Below the pieces are notes generated by a model. The model was not told where the DNA came from, made no database searches, and worked only from the letters and a program-made list of their open reading frames with translations. From Hydrogenovibrio sp. UBA650 (GTDB lineage Bacteria > Pseudomonadota > Gammaproteobacteria > Thiomicrospirales > Thiomicrospiraceae), in assembly GCA_002299245.1 (NCBI GenBank), contig DBOI01000113.1, positions 1,283 to 46,475 on the forward strand: 45,193 bases of DNA. Reading direction: 5' to 3'. Positions 19,051 to 26,874 of the stretch are shown piece by piece (positions within the stretch are counted from its first letter, which is position 1; every line of letters starts with the position of its first letter). A program made the translations under genes and the position numbers.

Positions 19051-21135
19051 GTGGATGAAGAAATACTACAGGACTTTTTGGTTGAGGCCTCTGAGCTAGT
19101 TGATCAACTCGATGAACAACTGGTTGATTTAGAGCATTCACCAACTGACGGTGACCTGTTAAATGCGGTTTTCAGAGGGTTTCATACGATTAAAGGTGGC
19201 GCAGGCTTTCTAGGGGTTACGCCGCTCATTGAAGTTTGTCATCGCGCGGAGAACGTTTTTGACAAAATCCGTAATGGTGATGTTGAGTACGATGCTCAGG
19301 TTGCCGATGTCATTCTGCGCGCTTTTGACGTAATTAGCGATTTGATAGAACAGCTGAACGATGGTGAACGAGAATTTCCTGAAAACGATCCGGCTTTGCT
19401 AAATGAATTAGATGCGATATTTAAAGGTACTGCAGTTGCTCCCGAGCCTGAAACTGCTCCTGTAGAGGCTGCTTCCGAGCCTCAATCAGAAAATGTTTCG
19501 GAGCAACTTCATCTGGCTGATGGAGTAGATCCAGATGGTGACATGACAGATGATGAGTTTGAAGCATTGCTAAATCAGCGAGATGGTGTTCAAGATCCAT
19601 CATCTTCACCTAAGGGGCTTCAACTTGATCCTGGAGCTGACCCCGATGGAGATATGACCGATGACGAGTTTGAAGCTCTATTAGACCAACGCGACTCCTT
19701 AGGAGATCAGCCAGCAGCTTCAAATCCTAATGGCCTGAGTTTGGCACCAGGAGCAGACCCTGATGGCGATATGACCGATGATGAATTTGACGCGCTGTTA
19801 GATCAACGAGATCTGACCCAACTAGCCGAGGCGCAAGAAGATACACCACCAACAATCCCAGAACCCATTGTCGTTGAAAAGGCGGCACCAGAACCTGCTC
19901 CTCAGCAGCCAGCAGCAAAACCTAAAGCTCAACCCAAATCCACCGCTGCTAAAAAGGCGCCTGCAAAAGCCAATGCAGAATCTACAGTTCGCGTTGATAC
20001 CAAACGATTAGATGACATTATGAACTTGGTAGGTGAGTTGGTATTGGTTCGAAACCGTTTGCTGACATTGCGTGGTAATAGTAGTGATATTGAAGATATT
20101 TCCAATGCTGTAGGGAACCTGGATCATGTAACGACAGATCTACAGGCCTCGGTAATGAAAACTCGAATGCAGCCTGTGAAAAAAGTCTTTGGTCGCTTCC
20201 CAAGAGTCGTGAGGGATTTGGCAAGAAAACTGGGTAAAGATATTGAACTTGAGTTGTTGGGAGAAGAGACTGATCTGGATAAAAACCTGGTAGAGGCGCT
20301 GGCTGATCCACTGGTACACTTAGTTAGAAACTCAGTTGACCATGGAGTTGAAATGCCTGATGAGCGAGAGGCGAATGGTAAACCGAGAAAGGGCACTGTT
20401 ATTCTTGGAGCAGAACAAGAGGGCGATCATATCCTTTTATCGATTACAGATGATGGTAAAGGAATGGACCCTGATGTGTTGCGTCGAAAAGCAGTTGAAA
20501 AAGGCATGATGGATGAAGTAGCCGCAAACCAATTGGACGATAAGTCAGCCTTTGAACTGATTATGTCAGCAGGTTTTTCGACAGCGGATCAGATCAGTGA
20601 TATTTCCGGTCGTGGAGTCGGTATGGATGTTGTTAAAAACATGATTACCAAGCTCAACGGCAGTATCGATATTAATTCAGTCTTAGGCGAAGGTACTAGA
20701 ATTAGCATCAAGGTACCTTTAACCTTGGCCATTCTACCGACACTAATGGTCGCTTTTGAAAAAGACAGTTATGCAATACCGCTCACCAGTGTTCAGGAGA
20801 TCTTTGATTTCGATATCAATAACACCAATAAAATTGATGGCATGATGATGGTGCGTCTGCGTGAACGAAGTATTCCACTGTATTTCCTTTCGGAGTGGCT
20901 TAATCCGCAAAGCGACAAAACTGACAGTAAAGGCGATAAAGTGGTAATTGTTTCGGTTGGAAATCAGCGTGTTGGCTTGGTTGTTGATCAGGTTAATGGC
21001 CAAGAAGAGGTGGTAATCAAACCTCTGGGAACTGGGCTGAAAGACGTAGGTGGTTATGCCGGTGCGACGATCACTGGCAATGGGAATATTGCATTGATAC
21101 TAGATTTACCTGGCGTAGTAGACAGGTTCCAGTAA
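19051..21135 (+). CDS. cheA: Chemotaxis histidine kinase CheA (GTG start; F6/polar type)
   Basis: P1 FRGFHTIKGG, P3 VRVDTKRLDDIMNLVGELV, P4 HLVRNSVDHG, DDGKG, SGRGVGMDVV, P5 CheW-like domain. Confidence 0.98.
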   Translation: MDEEILQDFLVEASELVDQLDEQLVDLEHSPTDGDLLNAVFRGFHTIKGGAGFLGVTPLIEVCHRAENVFDKIRNGDVEYDAQVADVILRAFDVISDLIEQLNDGEREFPENDPALLNELDAIFKGTAVAPEPETAPVEAASEPQSENVSEQLHLADGVDPDGDMTDDEFEALLNQRDGVQDPSSSPKGLQLDPGADPDGDMTDDEFEALLDQRDSLGDQPAASNPNGLSLAPGADPDGDMTDDEFDALLDQRDLTQLAEAQEDTPPTIPEPIVVEKAAPEPAPQQPAAKPKAQPKSTAAKKAPAKANAESTVRVDTKRLDDIMNLVGELVLVRNRLLTLRGNSSDIEDISNAVGNLDHVTTDLQASVMKTRMQPVKKVFGRFPRVVRDLARKLGKDIELELLGEETDLDKNLVEALADPLVHLVRNSVDHGVEMPDEREANGKPRKGTVILGAEQEGDHILLSITDDGKGMDPDVLRRKAVEKGMMDEVAANQLDDKSAFELIMSAGFSTADQISDISGRGVGMDVVKNMITKLNGSIDINSVLGEGTRISIKVPLTLAILPTLMVAFEKDSYAIPLTSVQEIFDFDINNTNKIDGMMMVRLRERSIPLYFLSEWLNPQSDKTDSKGDKVVIVSVGNQRVGLVVDQVNGQEEVVIKPLGTGLKDVGGYAGATITGNGNIALILDLPGVVDRFQ
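19507..19812 (+). repeat. Three 26-aa repeats in the CheA P1-P3 linker
   Basis: LHLADGVDPDGDMTDDEFEALLNQRD (19507), LQLDPGADPDGDMTDDEFEALLDQRD (19618), LSLAPGADPDGDMTDDEFDALLDQRD (19735). Confidence 0.95.
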
Positions 21136-21145
21136 GGAGAAAGGT

Positions 21146-21640
21146 GTGGAATTGACAGATCAACAAGCAGATGTGTTGAATACTGATTTCATCATACAGG
21201 AAGAGGACAGTAAATATGCTGGCCCAAGTGCTCGCTGTGTATTATTTAATCTGGAGAATGAAATCTACGGAATTCAGGTTAAGAAAATTCGCGAAGTACT
21301 CCGAGTTTCAAATATCCGAAATGTTCCGGGGGCGGCATATAATGTTTTAGGTGTGATTAATGTACGCGGTGTTATTGTTACAGTCGTTGATACCAGAGTT
21401 ATGTTTAATATGCCGCAACAAGATGTGACGGATTTATCACGAATTATTATTATTGAGGTTGATGAAGAGAAAACCGTCGGTATGTTGGTCGATTGCGTAA
21501 TGGAAGTCAAAGATGTTCCTGAGAATAAGATTGAACCTCTGTCTACAACAAAAGAGAATGCCTCTAGAAATATACAGGCCATCGCACATTATGAGGATAA
21601 TGTGATTATTCTGGTGGATGTAGATAATATGTTTTCGTAA
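21146..21640 (+). CDS. cheW: Chemotaxis coupling protein CheW (GTG start)
   Basis: FNLENEIYGI, IREVLR, VPGA, GVINVRG. Confidence 0.93.
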   Translation: MELTDQQADVLNTDFIIQEEDSKYAGPSARCVLFNLENEIYGIQVKKIREVLRVSNIRNVPGAAYNVLGVINVRGVIVTVVDTRVMFNMPQQDVTDLSRIIIIEVDEEKTVGMLVDCVMEVKDVPENKIEPLSTTKENASRNIQAIAHYEDNVIILVDVDNMFS

Positions 21641-21692
21641 CTAACTGAAAAACTCTTAATGCTGACGGATTAGTGCAATGTGTTTGCAAACT

Positions 21693-21724
21693 TGAGTTTC
21701 TGAATTATTTGTTTCACAAACTCA
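21693..21724. terminator. Imperfect hairpin between convergent cheW and flhB-like genes
   Basis: TGAGTTTcTGAA...TTCAcAAACTCA; no clear U-tract. Confidence 0.35.
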
Positions 21725-21741
21725 TTCTTAAATGGATGGCG

Positions 21742-22035
21742 TTATTTTTTTGGGTTGGTTGGTATAGTTTTACCGCTGATTTCATAAGCAAATACCAGGA
21801 TTTGGGCTACGGCCTCATAGAGTTTCTCCGGTATTTCTTCATTTAATTCAACTTCTGCAAGCAGCGATACTAATTGCTGATCTTTTTGGATAGGGATGTT
21901 GTGTTGTTTGGCGCAGTCTATTATTTCTTGAGCGATGTAACCACGGCCTTTCGCGGTTACTTTTGGAGCAGTATCCCCATCGTATTCTAAAGAGACAGCG
22001 ATTTTGCTTTTAGGAGATTCTGTCTGAGAGGCCAT
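21742..22035 (-). CDS. Stand-alone FlhB C-terminal-like protein (EscU/YscU/HrcU family)
   Basis: AVSLEYD...APKVTAKGRG.IAQEI...HNIPI...EIPEKLYEAVAQILVF matches the post-NPTH fragment of FlhB (compare AVALQYD...IPYDLFKAVAAVLAY in this window's FlhB). Confidence 0.9.
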   Translation of the reverse strand: MASQTESPKSKIAVSLEYDGDTAPKVTAKGRGYIAQEIIDCAKQHNIPIQKDQQLVSLLAEVELNEEIPEKLYEAVAQILVFAYEISGKTIPTNPKK

Positions 22036-22045
22036 TGTGTTCAGG

Positions 22046-22072
22046 CATAAAAAAACGGCTTAAAGCCGTTTT
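22046..22072 (-). terminator. Intrinsic terminator after the STAS gene
   Basis: Minus strand reads AAAACGGCT-TTA-AGCCGTTTTTTTATG. Confidence 0.7.
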
Positions 22073-22348
22073 CTATAAGTTTAATGCTTGGTTGATGCCA
22101 ATTTTTTCAGCGCTCGATAACAGAATATCAGGAACATTTTCCCAGCTTACCGTCTTACCGTTATCAACACTGTTACTTATCACCATTAGCAGACTTTGTA
22201 GTCCTGAAGAGTCTAAAGTTTCAACTTGTTCAGCATCAATAATAATATCGGCGTCGGAAACTTCATCAAACTGGTTTTTCAAGTTATTGAAATGCTCTTC
22301 AATTTGATGAATCGTCAGGTTTTGGGGAAGTTGAATCTTACTACTCAT
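22073..22348 (-). CDS. STAS-domain protein (chemosensory-cluster type)
   Basis: LPQNLTI...IDAEQVETLDSSGLQSLL with the conserved STAS D-S-S-G motif; 91 aa. Confidence 0.88.
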   Translation of the reverse strand: MSSKIQLPQNLTIHQIEEHFNNLKNQFDEVSDADIIIDAEQVETLDSSGLQSLLMVISNSVDNGKTVSWENVPDILLSSAEKIGINQALNL

Positions 22349-22377
22349 GGCAAGTACCTCATGGAAATTGGTTTAGT

Positions 22378-22737
22378 TTAAAGAACACGACCAATTACAG
22401 ACAAAAGTTTTTCAGGGCTAAATGGCTTGACAATCCATCCTGTCGCGCCGGCTTCTTTACCTTTAGTTTTCATATCTCCAGACGACTCAGTGGTAAGACA
22501 TAGAATCGGAGTAAACTTATAGTTTGGCAAAGCGCGAACAGCAGTGATTAATTCAATGCCGTTCATATTGGGCATATTTATGTCGGTAACAATGAGGTCA
22601 AACTGTTGTTGCTTAGCGATTTCCAAGGCGACAGCCCCGTCCTCTGCTTCGCTAACATCATGTCCAGCGGACTTCAATGACATGCTAACCATCTGACGCA
22701 TTGATTTTGAATCATCAACAGCTAAAATTTTTGACAT
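22378..22737 (-). CDS. cheY: Single-domain response regulator, second CheY (che2/F7-like)
   Basis: ILAVDDSKSMRQMV, TDINMP, YKFTPILCLTTE, GATGWIVKPF: motifs typical of V. cholerae CheY4 and P. aeruginosa CheY2. Confidence 0.9.
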   Translation of the reverse strand: MSKILAVDDSKSMRQMVSMSLKSAGHDVSEAEDGAVALEIAKQQQFDLIVTDINMPNMNGIELITAVRALPNYKFTPILCLTTESSGDMKTKGKEAGATGWIVKPFSPEKLLSVIGRVL

Positions 22738-22805
22738 CTTGCTAATCTCACTTTTAATGTTTGTCTAATTCTAATAGGCTCAATTGAGGCCATTATAGCA
22801 ATGGC

Positions 22806-23330
22806 CTATTCTATATTTAAGGCTTTTTTGATTGACGTCAGAATTCCATCATTGATCAACTGATCGACGTGCAAAACAATCACCATTTTATCGGCTACTG
22901 TGGCCAAGCCAGTAACATAATCGGTGTTAATTGTGCCTGCCATACTTGGTGCTGGCTGTAAATCAGAGTTATTGATTGAGTATACATCTGAAACTCCGTC
23001 TACTACCAATCCAATAATTTTCTGGCTTCCATCTTCATCTTGAGCACGAAGAATAATTACAACAGTTGATTCGTTGTAAGACACATCTTCTAAAGAAAAG
23101 CGAACCCGTAAATCTACAATTGGAACCACTGAACCGCGCAAGTTTATGACCCCCATAACGTAATCGGGAGAGTTGGGGATAGCAGTAGTATGCTCCCAGC
23201 CCTTTATTTCCTGAACACGAAGTATATCTACCCCGTATTCTTCTTCGCCGAGCACAAAACTGAGAATTTGATCTTCTGTTTCAGTGCTTTGTTCTATCTG
23301 TTCCTGGATTGAATCCAAATCTTTTTCCAT
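22806..23330 (-). CDS. cheW: Second CheW
   Basis: LSFVLGEEEYGVDILRVQEIKGW, GVINLRGSVVPIVDLR (E. coli CheW-like). Confidence 0.95.
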   Translation of the reverse strand: MEKDLDSIQEQIEQSTETEDQILSFVLGEEEYGVDILRVQEIKGWEHTTAIPNSPDYVMGVINLRGSVVPIVDLRVRFSLEDVSYNESTVVIILRAQDEDGSQKIIGLVVDGVSDVYSINNSDLQPAPSMAGTINTDYVTGLATVADKMVIVLHVDQLINDGILTSIKKALNIE

Positions 23331-23418
23331 AACGACAGTCTCTTTTAGCTAAGCCATTCTTAAGTTCAGTTCAAAACAACAAAAGTATTCATGTTCATTT
23401 TTTATTGAAAAAAACAGA

Positions 23419-23434
23419 AGCAAGCTTTCTGCCA
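23419..23434 (-). promoter_or_regulatory. sigma54 promoter for cheW2-cheY2-STAS
   Basis: Minus strand TGGCAGAAAGCTTGCT, GG-N10-GC, about 90 bp upstream of cheW2. Confidence 0.72.
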
Positions 23435-23455
23435 GTTTTCTGAATTAAGATGAAA

Positions 23456-24502
23456 TTAAACAGAGATGTCTATTAAAGCGACTTTTTGACTCTGAGATGA
23501 TTTAACAGGTCGATTACTAACTAACTGGATATTAATCGACTCATAGCTTTTGGAACTGAATAGATTTTTCAGAGTCTCTAAATGAGACGATACAAGATTG
23601 TTAAGTTCATCACTTTCACACCATATATAGCAGTCTAACTTGTCATCATCAGATAGTTTTACCTTGCTTGAAAATGCGCCTTTGGATAGGTTCAGGTCAA
23701 TGTAAACCTCCCAATATGTTTTTTGGTTAAGTTGCTGTTTTCGAATTTCAATTTGGTCTTCTTCCAGTGTTTTAGGTCTTTCCGAAGGTAAGTAGAGCGC
23801 AGAAACTCCAGGGCTTTCAAACAGTTGTAACTGTTGAACCGTGATTCGACTAAGTGCTTGAGTTAACAACTCGGACAATTTGCTTAACGCTGAGCCTTGA
23901 GTAATGGGTTGAAAACTTGTGAGCTGTTGTTGTAATTTTAAAATCTGTGCTTTGACATCATTATTTAAGTTTACGTTTTTGCCATTATTTAAATTTTTTA
24001 ACTTTGACTCAAGAAAGAGTCCGCTGTTAGAAAACTTGTCTTTTAATGTTTTACCATCGAGGTTTTGTTCCTGTTTGAGTAGTTGGCTTATCAAATTGTT
24101 TATTGGTACCTGCAAGCTAGGAGGCAAAGATTGCAACAAGCTAATTTGTTGAAAAGATTGCGATATAGGCATTTGATTCGGCATAAATTGCCGATAGGAG
24201 GCCTGTAAAATTTGTAACTGAGTAGTTTGTTTTGATTCTGAGGTGCTCGGTTTGACAATACTGAGCTGAAGTTCTGGAACCAACTGTTTAACTCTGAGCT
24301 GTACTGTTCCCGATTCTGTAATGGGTTGCTTGGAGGTGGCCACAAAGGTCTGGTTTCCAATACTAATTTGAACCAGGTTTCCTTTGGTTGGCTGGATATT
24401 TGCTGAGAACACCTGACCAACAGTAAGCAGCTTTTGAAAATTCTGGGTAGCTGGGCTGTTGATATTAAGCGGCAAATTGATATTGCTTGGGATTAAAACC
24501 AT
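23456..24502 (-). CDS. FliK-like protein (second hook-length-control-like protein)
   Basis: Q/L/S-rich; SGLFLESKL and ALSRITVQQL motifs, W..YIDLNLSKG beta region, ends LIDISV. Same strand as the FlhB-C-like gene that such genes usually precede. Confidence 0.65.
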   Translation of the reverse strand: MVLIPSNINLPLNINSPATQNFQKLLTVGQVFSANIQPTKGNLVQISIGNQTFVATSKQPITESGTVQLRVKQLVPELQLSIVKPSTSESKQTTQLQILQASYRQFMPNQMPISQSFQQISLLQSLPPSLQVPINNLISQLLKQEQNLDGKTLKDKFSNSGLFLESKLKNLNNGKNVNLNNDVKAQILKLQQQLTSFQPITQGSALSKLSELLTQALSRITVQQLQLFESPGVSALYLPSERPKTLEEDQIEIRKQQLNQKTYWEVYIDLNLSKGAFSSKVKLSDDDKLDCYIWCESDELNNLVSSHLETLKNLFSSKSYESINIQLVSNRPVKSSQSQKVALIDISV

Positions 24503-24610
24503 GTTTTGAAAATAAACTCCAACAATATCTGAATTTGCTAAAGTTTTATACTAACTTATACTAAATGTGAATGCCAATACATTGCAGTTGAGCTTGTGAG
24601 GAGCAGGGAC

Positions 24611-25444
24611 TTGATCGATTCTCAAAGAGAATTCCAGTTTAATGATGAGGACTTTCAAAGAGTCAAAAAAATCGTCTACGATTTTGCTGGCATTGATTTG
24701 AATGAATCCAAAAAAAACCTGGTATATAACAGACTTTCAAAAAGAATCCGTTTTTTGGAGATGGAAAGTTTTAGCGAATACCTTGCTTATGTTGAACAAC
24801 AAGGTGAGGTTGAGTTTGTTCAGTTGATTAATGCGATCACAACTAACCTGACGTTTTTCTTTAGAGAGAACCACCACTTTGAATATTTGGCTAACACGAT
24901 TATTCCAAGCTTATTGGCCAAGAATGATAATAAAAAAACAATTCGAATTTGGTCAGCAGGATGTTCAACAGGTGAAGAACCCTATTCAATAGCGATTGTT
25001 CTCAAAGAGACTGTACCTCCGGGCTGGGATGCAAAAGTGATTGCGACTGACCTAGATAGTAATGTGGTAAATACTGCCAGCAATGGAATCTACCCGCTCG
25101 AGAGGTTGAAAGGTGTCAGTGAAGAGCGAAAAAAACGCTGGTTTTTCAAAGGAACTGGCTCTAATCAAGGCAGTGCAAAAGTTAAACCGGAGTTACAAGA
25201 TATTATTGAATTCGGGCAGCTTAACTTGATGGCTGACTGGCCACAAATAAAAAATGTGGATGTTATTTTTTGCCGTAATGTTGTGATCTATTTTGATAAG
25301 CCAACCCAGTCGAATTTATTTGATAGATATGCTAATTTATTGCCAGACGATGGCCACCTTTTGATAGGGCATTCTGAATCCCTATATAAAGTTTGTGATC
25401 GATTTGAATTATTAGGACAAACTATTTATAAAAAACTTCGTTGA
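24611..25444 (+). CDS. cheR: Chemotaxis methyltransferase CheR (TTG start behind GAGGAG; ORF track start 24596)
   Basis: TTNLTFFFRENHHF, RIWSAGCSTGEEPYSIA, IFCRNVVIYFD, IGHSE. Confidence 0.97.
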   Translation: MIDSQREFQFNDEDFQRVKKIVYDFAGIDLNESKKNLVYNRLSKRIRFLEMESFSEYLAYVEQQGEVEFVQLINAITTNLTFFFRENHHFEYLANTIIPSLLAKNDNKKTIRIWSAGCSTGEEPYSIAIVLKETVPPGWDAKVIATDLDSNVVNTASNGIYPLERLKGVSEERKKRWFFKGTGSNQGSAKVKPELQDIIEFGQLNLMADWPQIKNVDVIFCRNVVIYFDKPTQSNLFDRYANLLPDDGHLLIGHSESLYKVCDRFELLGQTIYKKLR

Positions 25445-25554
25445 GTTGTTTTAAAATTCTCTATTGTTTAACGGGTTTTTACGCGTTATAAAAGGCTATC
25501 AAGTAATTTACACACATTCTCAGAGTAATCATTGCTCTGAAATAGAGGAATACC

Positions 25555-26685
25555 GTGAATAATCCTGTAAAAGTTCTTATTGTTGATGATTCGGCATTAA
25601 TCAGGCAGATGCTTCAAGAAATGTTGTCTTCTGACCCACAAATTGAAGTTATCGGAACCGCTGAAGATCCTTACGATGCGCGTGAAAAGATTAAGTTGTT
25701 GCACCCTGATGTTCTGACTCTTGATATCGAAATGCCTAAAATGGATGGGGTGACTTTTCTAAAAAACTTAATGCGCCTGCACCCACTTCCTGTCGTTATG
25801 ATCTCTACCCTTACAGAAAAAGGCGCGGATGTTACTTTTGAAGCTTTAGATTTAGGTGCGGTAGACTTTGTGACCAAACCCAAAATCGATGTCCAGCACA
25901 CCTTTGAAAATTACTCTTTAGAAATTCGCTCCAAGGTTAAGAATGCTTCTCGAGTCAGTAGGTTTATGTTGGAGCGACAATATCAAAGATATGTGACTAA
26001 TCAAGAGAAAAAACCTGCGATTGCGACTCTGTCTGGAAACAACTCGGTAGCAGATAAAGCGGTATCGAGCGGTATAAAGCCGACAGCGGCTACAATTAGT
26101 CGGAGCTATACTCCAAGTAATAAAATTATTGCTTTGGGGGCTTCTACTGGAGGAACGGAAGCGATTAAAGAAGTTTTAATGCGTATGCCAGAGAATTCAC
26201 CACCGATTGTTATCACCCAGCATATACCTGCGGCCTTCAGTAGACCTTTCGCTAACCGAATGAACACAATTTCTCAAATGACAGTCTCTGAAGCAACTGA
26301 TGGTGAGAAAATTAAACCTGGTCATGTCTATATTGCTCCAGGAGACAAGCACCTTACGGTTTTACGCGATGCCACTGGTTATGTTTGCCGTCTCGACGAT
26401 GGTGAACCAGTAAATCGCCACAAACCGGCTGTGGATGTTCTATTCCGAAGTGTTTTACAACATGCGGGTTCGAATAGCATTGCTGTGTTATTAACTGGTA
26501 TGGGAGCTGATGGCGCTGCTGGAATGAAAGAGTTGAAAGATATTGGCGTGCCAACTATCGCTCAGGATGAGAAAACCAGTGTGGTTTGGGGGATGCCTGG
26601 AGAGGCTGTGAAAATGGGGGCTGCAGATGATGTATTGGCGTTGGATAAAATCCCGCAAAGGTTGTTGCAATTGACAAGTCGATAA
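25555..26685 (+). CDS. cheB: Chemotaxis methylesterase CheB (GTG start)
   Basis: REC domain (VDDSA, LDIEMP) plus GASTGG, QHIP, LTGMGADG, VWGMP. Confidence 0.98.
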   Translation: MNNPVKVLIVDDSALIRQMLQEMLSSDPQIEVIGTAEDPYDAREKIKLLHPDVLTLDIEMPKMDGVTFLKNLMRLHPLPVVMISTLTEKGADVTFEALDLGAVDFVTKPKIDVQHTFENYSLEIRSKVKNASRVSRFMLERQYQRYVTNQEKKPAIATLSGNNSVADKAVSSGIKPTAATISRSYTPSNKIIALGASTGGTEAIKEVLMRMPENSPPIVITQHIPAAFSRPFANRMNTISQMTVSEATDGEKIKPGHVYIAPGDKHLTVLRDATGYVCRLDDGEPVNRHKPAVDVLFRSVLQHAGSNSIAVLLTGMGADGAAGMKELKDIGVPTIAQDEKTSVVWGMPGEAVKMGAADDVLALDKIPQRLLQLTSR

Positions 26686-26715
26686 ACAATAGATTTTTCT
26701 AGCGTCCTCAAAAGT

Positions 26716-26747
26716 AAGCCCATAAAACCTGTTTTATGGGCTTTTTT
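26716..26747 (+). terminator. Intrinsic terminator after cheB
   Basis: AAGCCCATAAAAC-CT-GTTTTATGGGCTT followed by TTTT. Confidence 0.8.
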
Positions 26748-26810
26748 ATTTTTAAAGCAGTCAGTGAATAGTTTTATTCTTTAATTCTACGTAACTTGAT
26801 GCTTTTAGTT

Positions 26811-26826
26811 TGGCATAGTAACTGCT
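26811..26826 (+). promoter_or_regulatory. sigma54 promoter of the mcpA-like gene
   Basis: TGGCATAGTAACTGCT, GG-N10-GC, 48 bp before the ATG. Confidence 0.72.
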
Positions 26827-26874
26827 ATTAGTTTTCTAAATTTAGAAGGTCGATTTTATTAAAGGAAGGTTGCT

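Noticed and set aside
19507-19812. CheA repeats as a CRISPR array or DNA-level VNTR
   Set aside because: In frame, synonymously diverged, no cas genes; it is a protein repeat.
22035-22307. 90-aa plus-strand ORF opposite the STAS gene
   Set aside because: The minus-strand frame has the STAS motif and operon context.
22773-22810. Overlapping inverted repeats between cheW2 and cheY2 (AGGCCATT/AATGGCCT, CTCAATTGAG)
   Set aside because: Short stems with no U-tract; at most an mRNA-stabilising hairpin.
25520-25540. Fur box upstream of cheB
   Set aside because: Only the central AATCATT matches; the flanks deviate from GATAAT/ATTATC.
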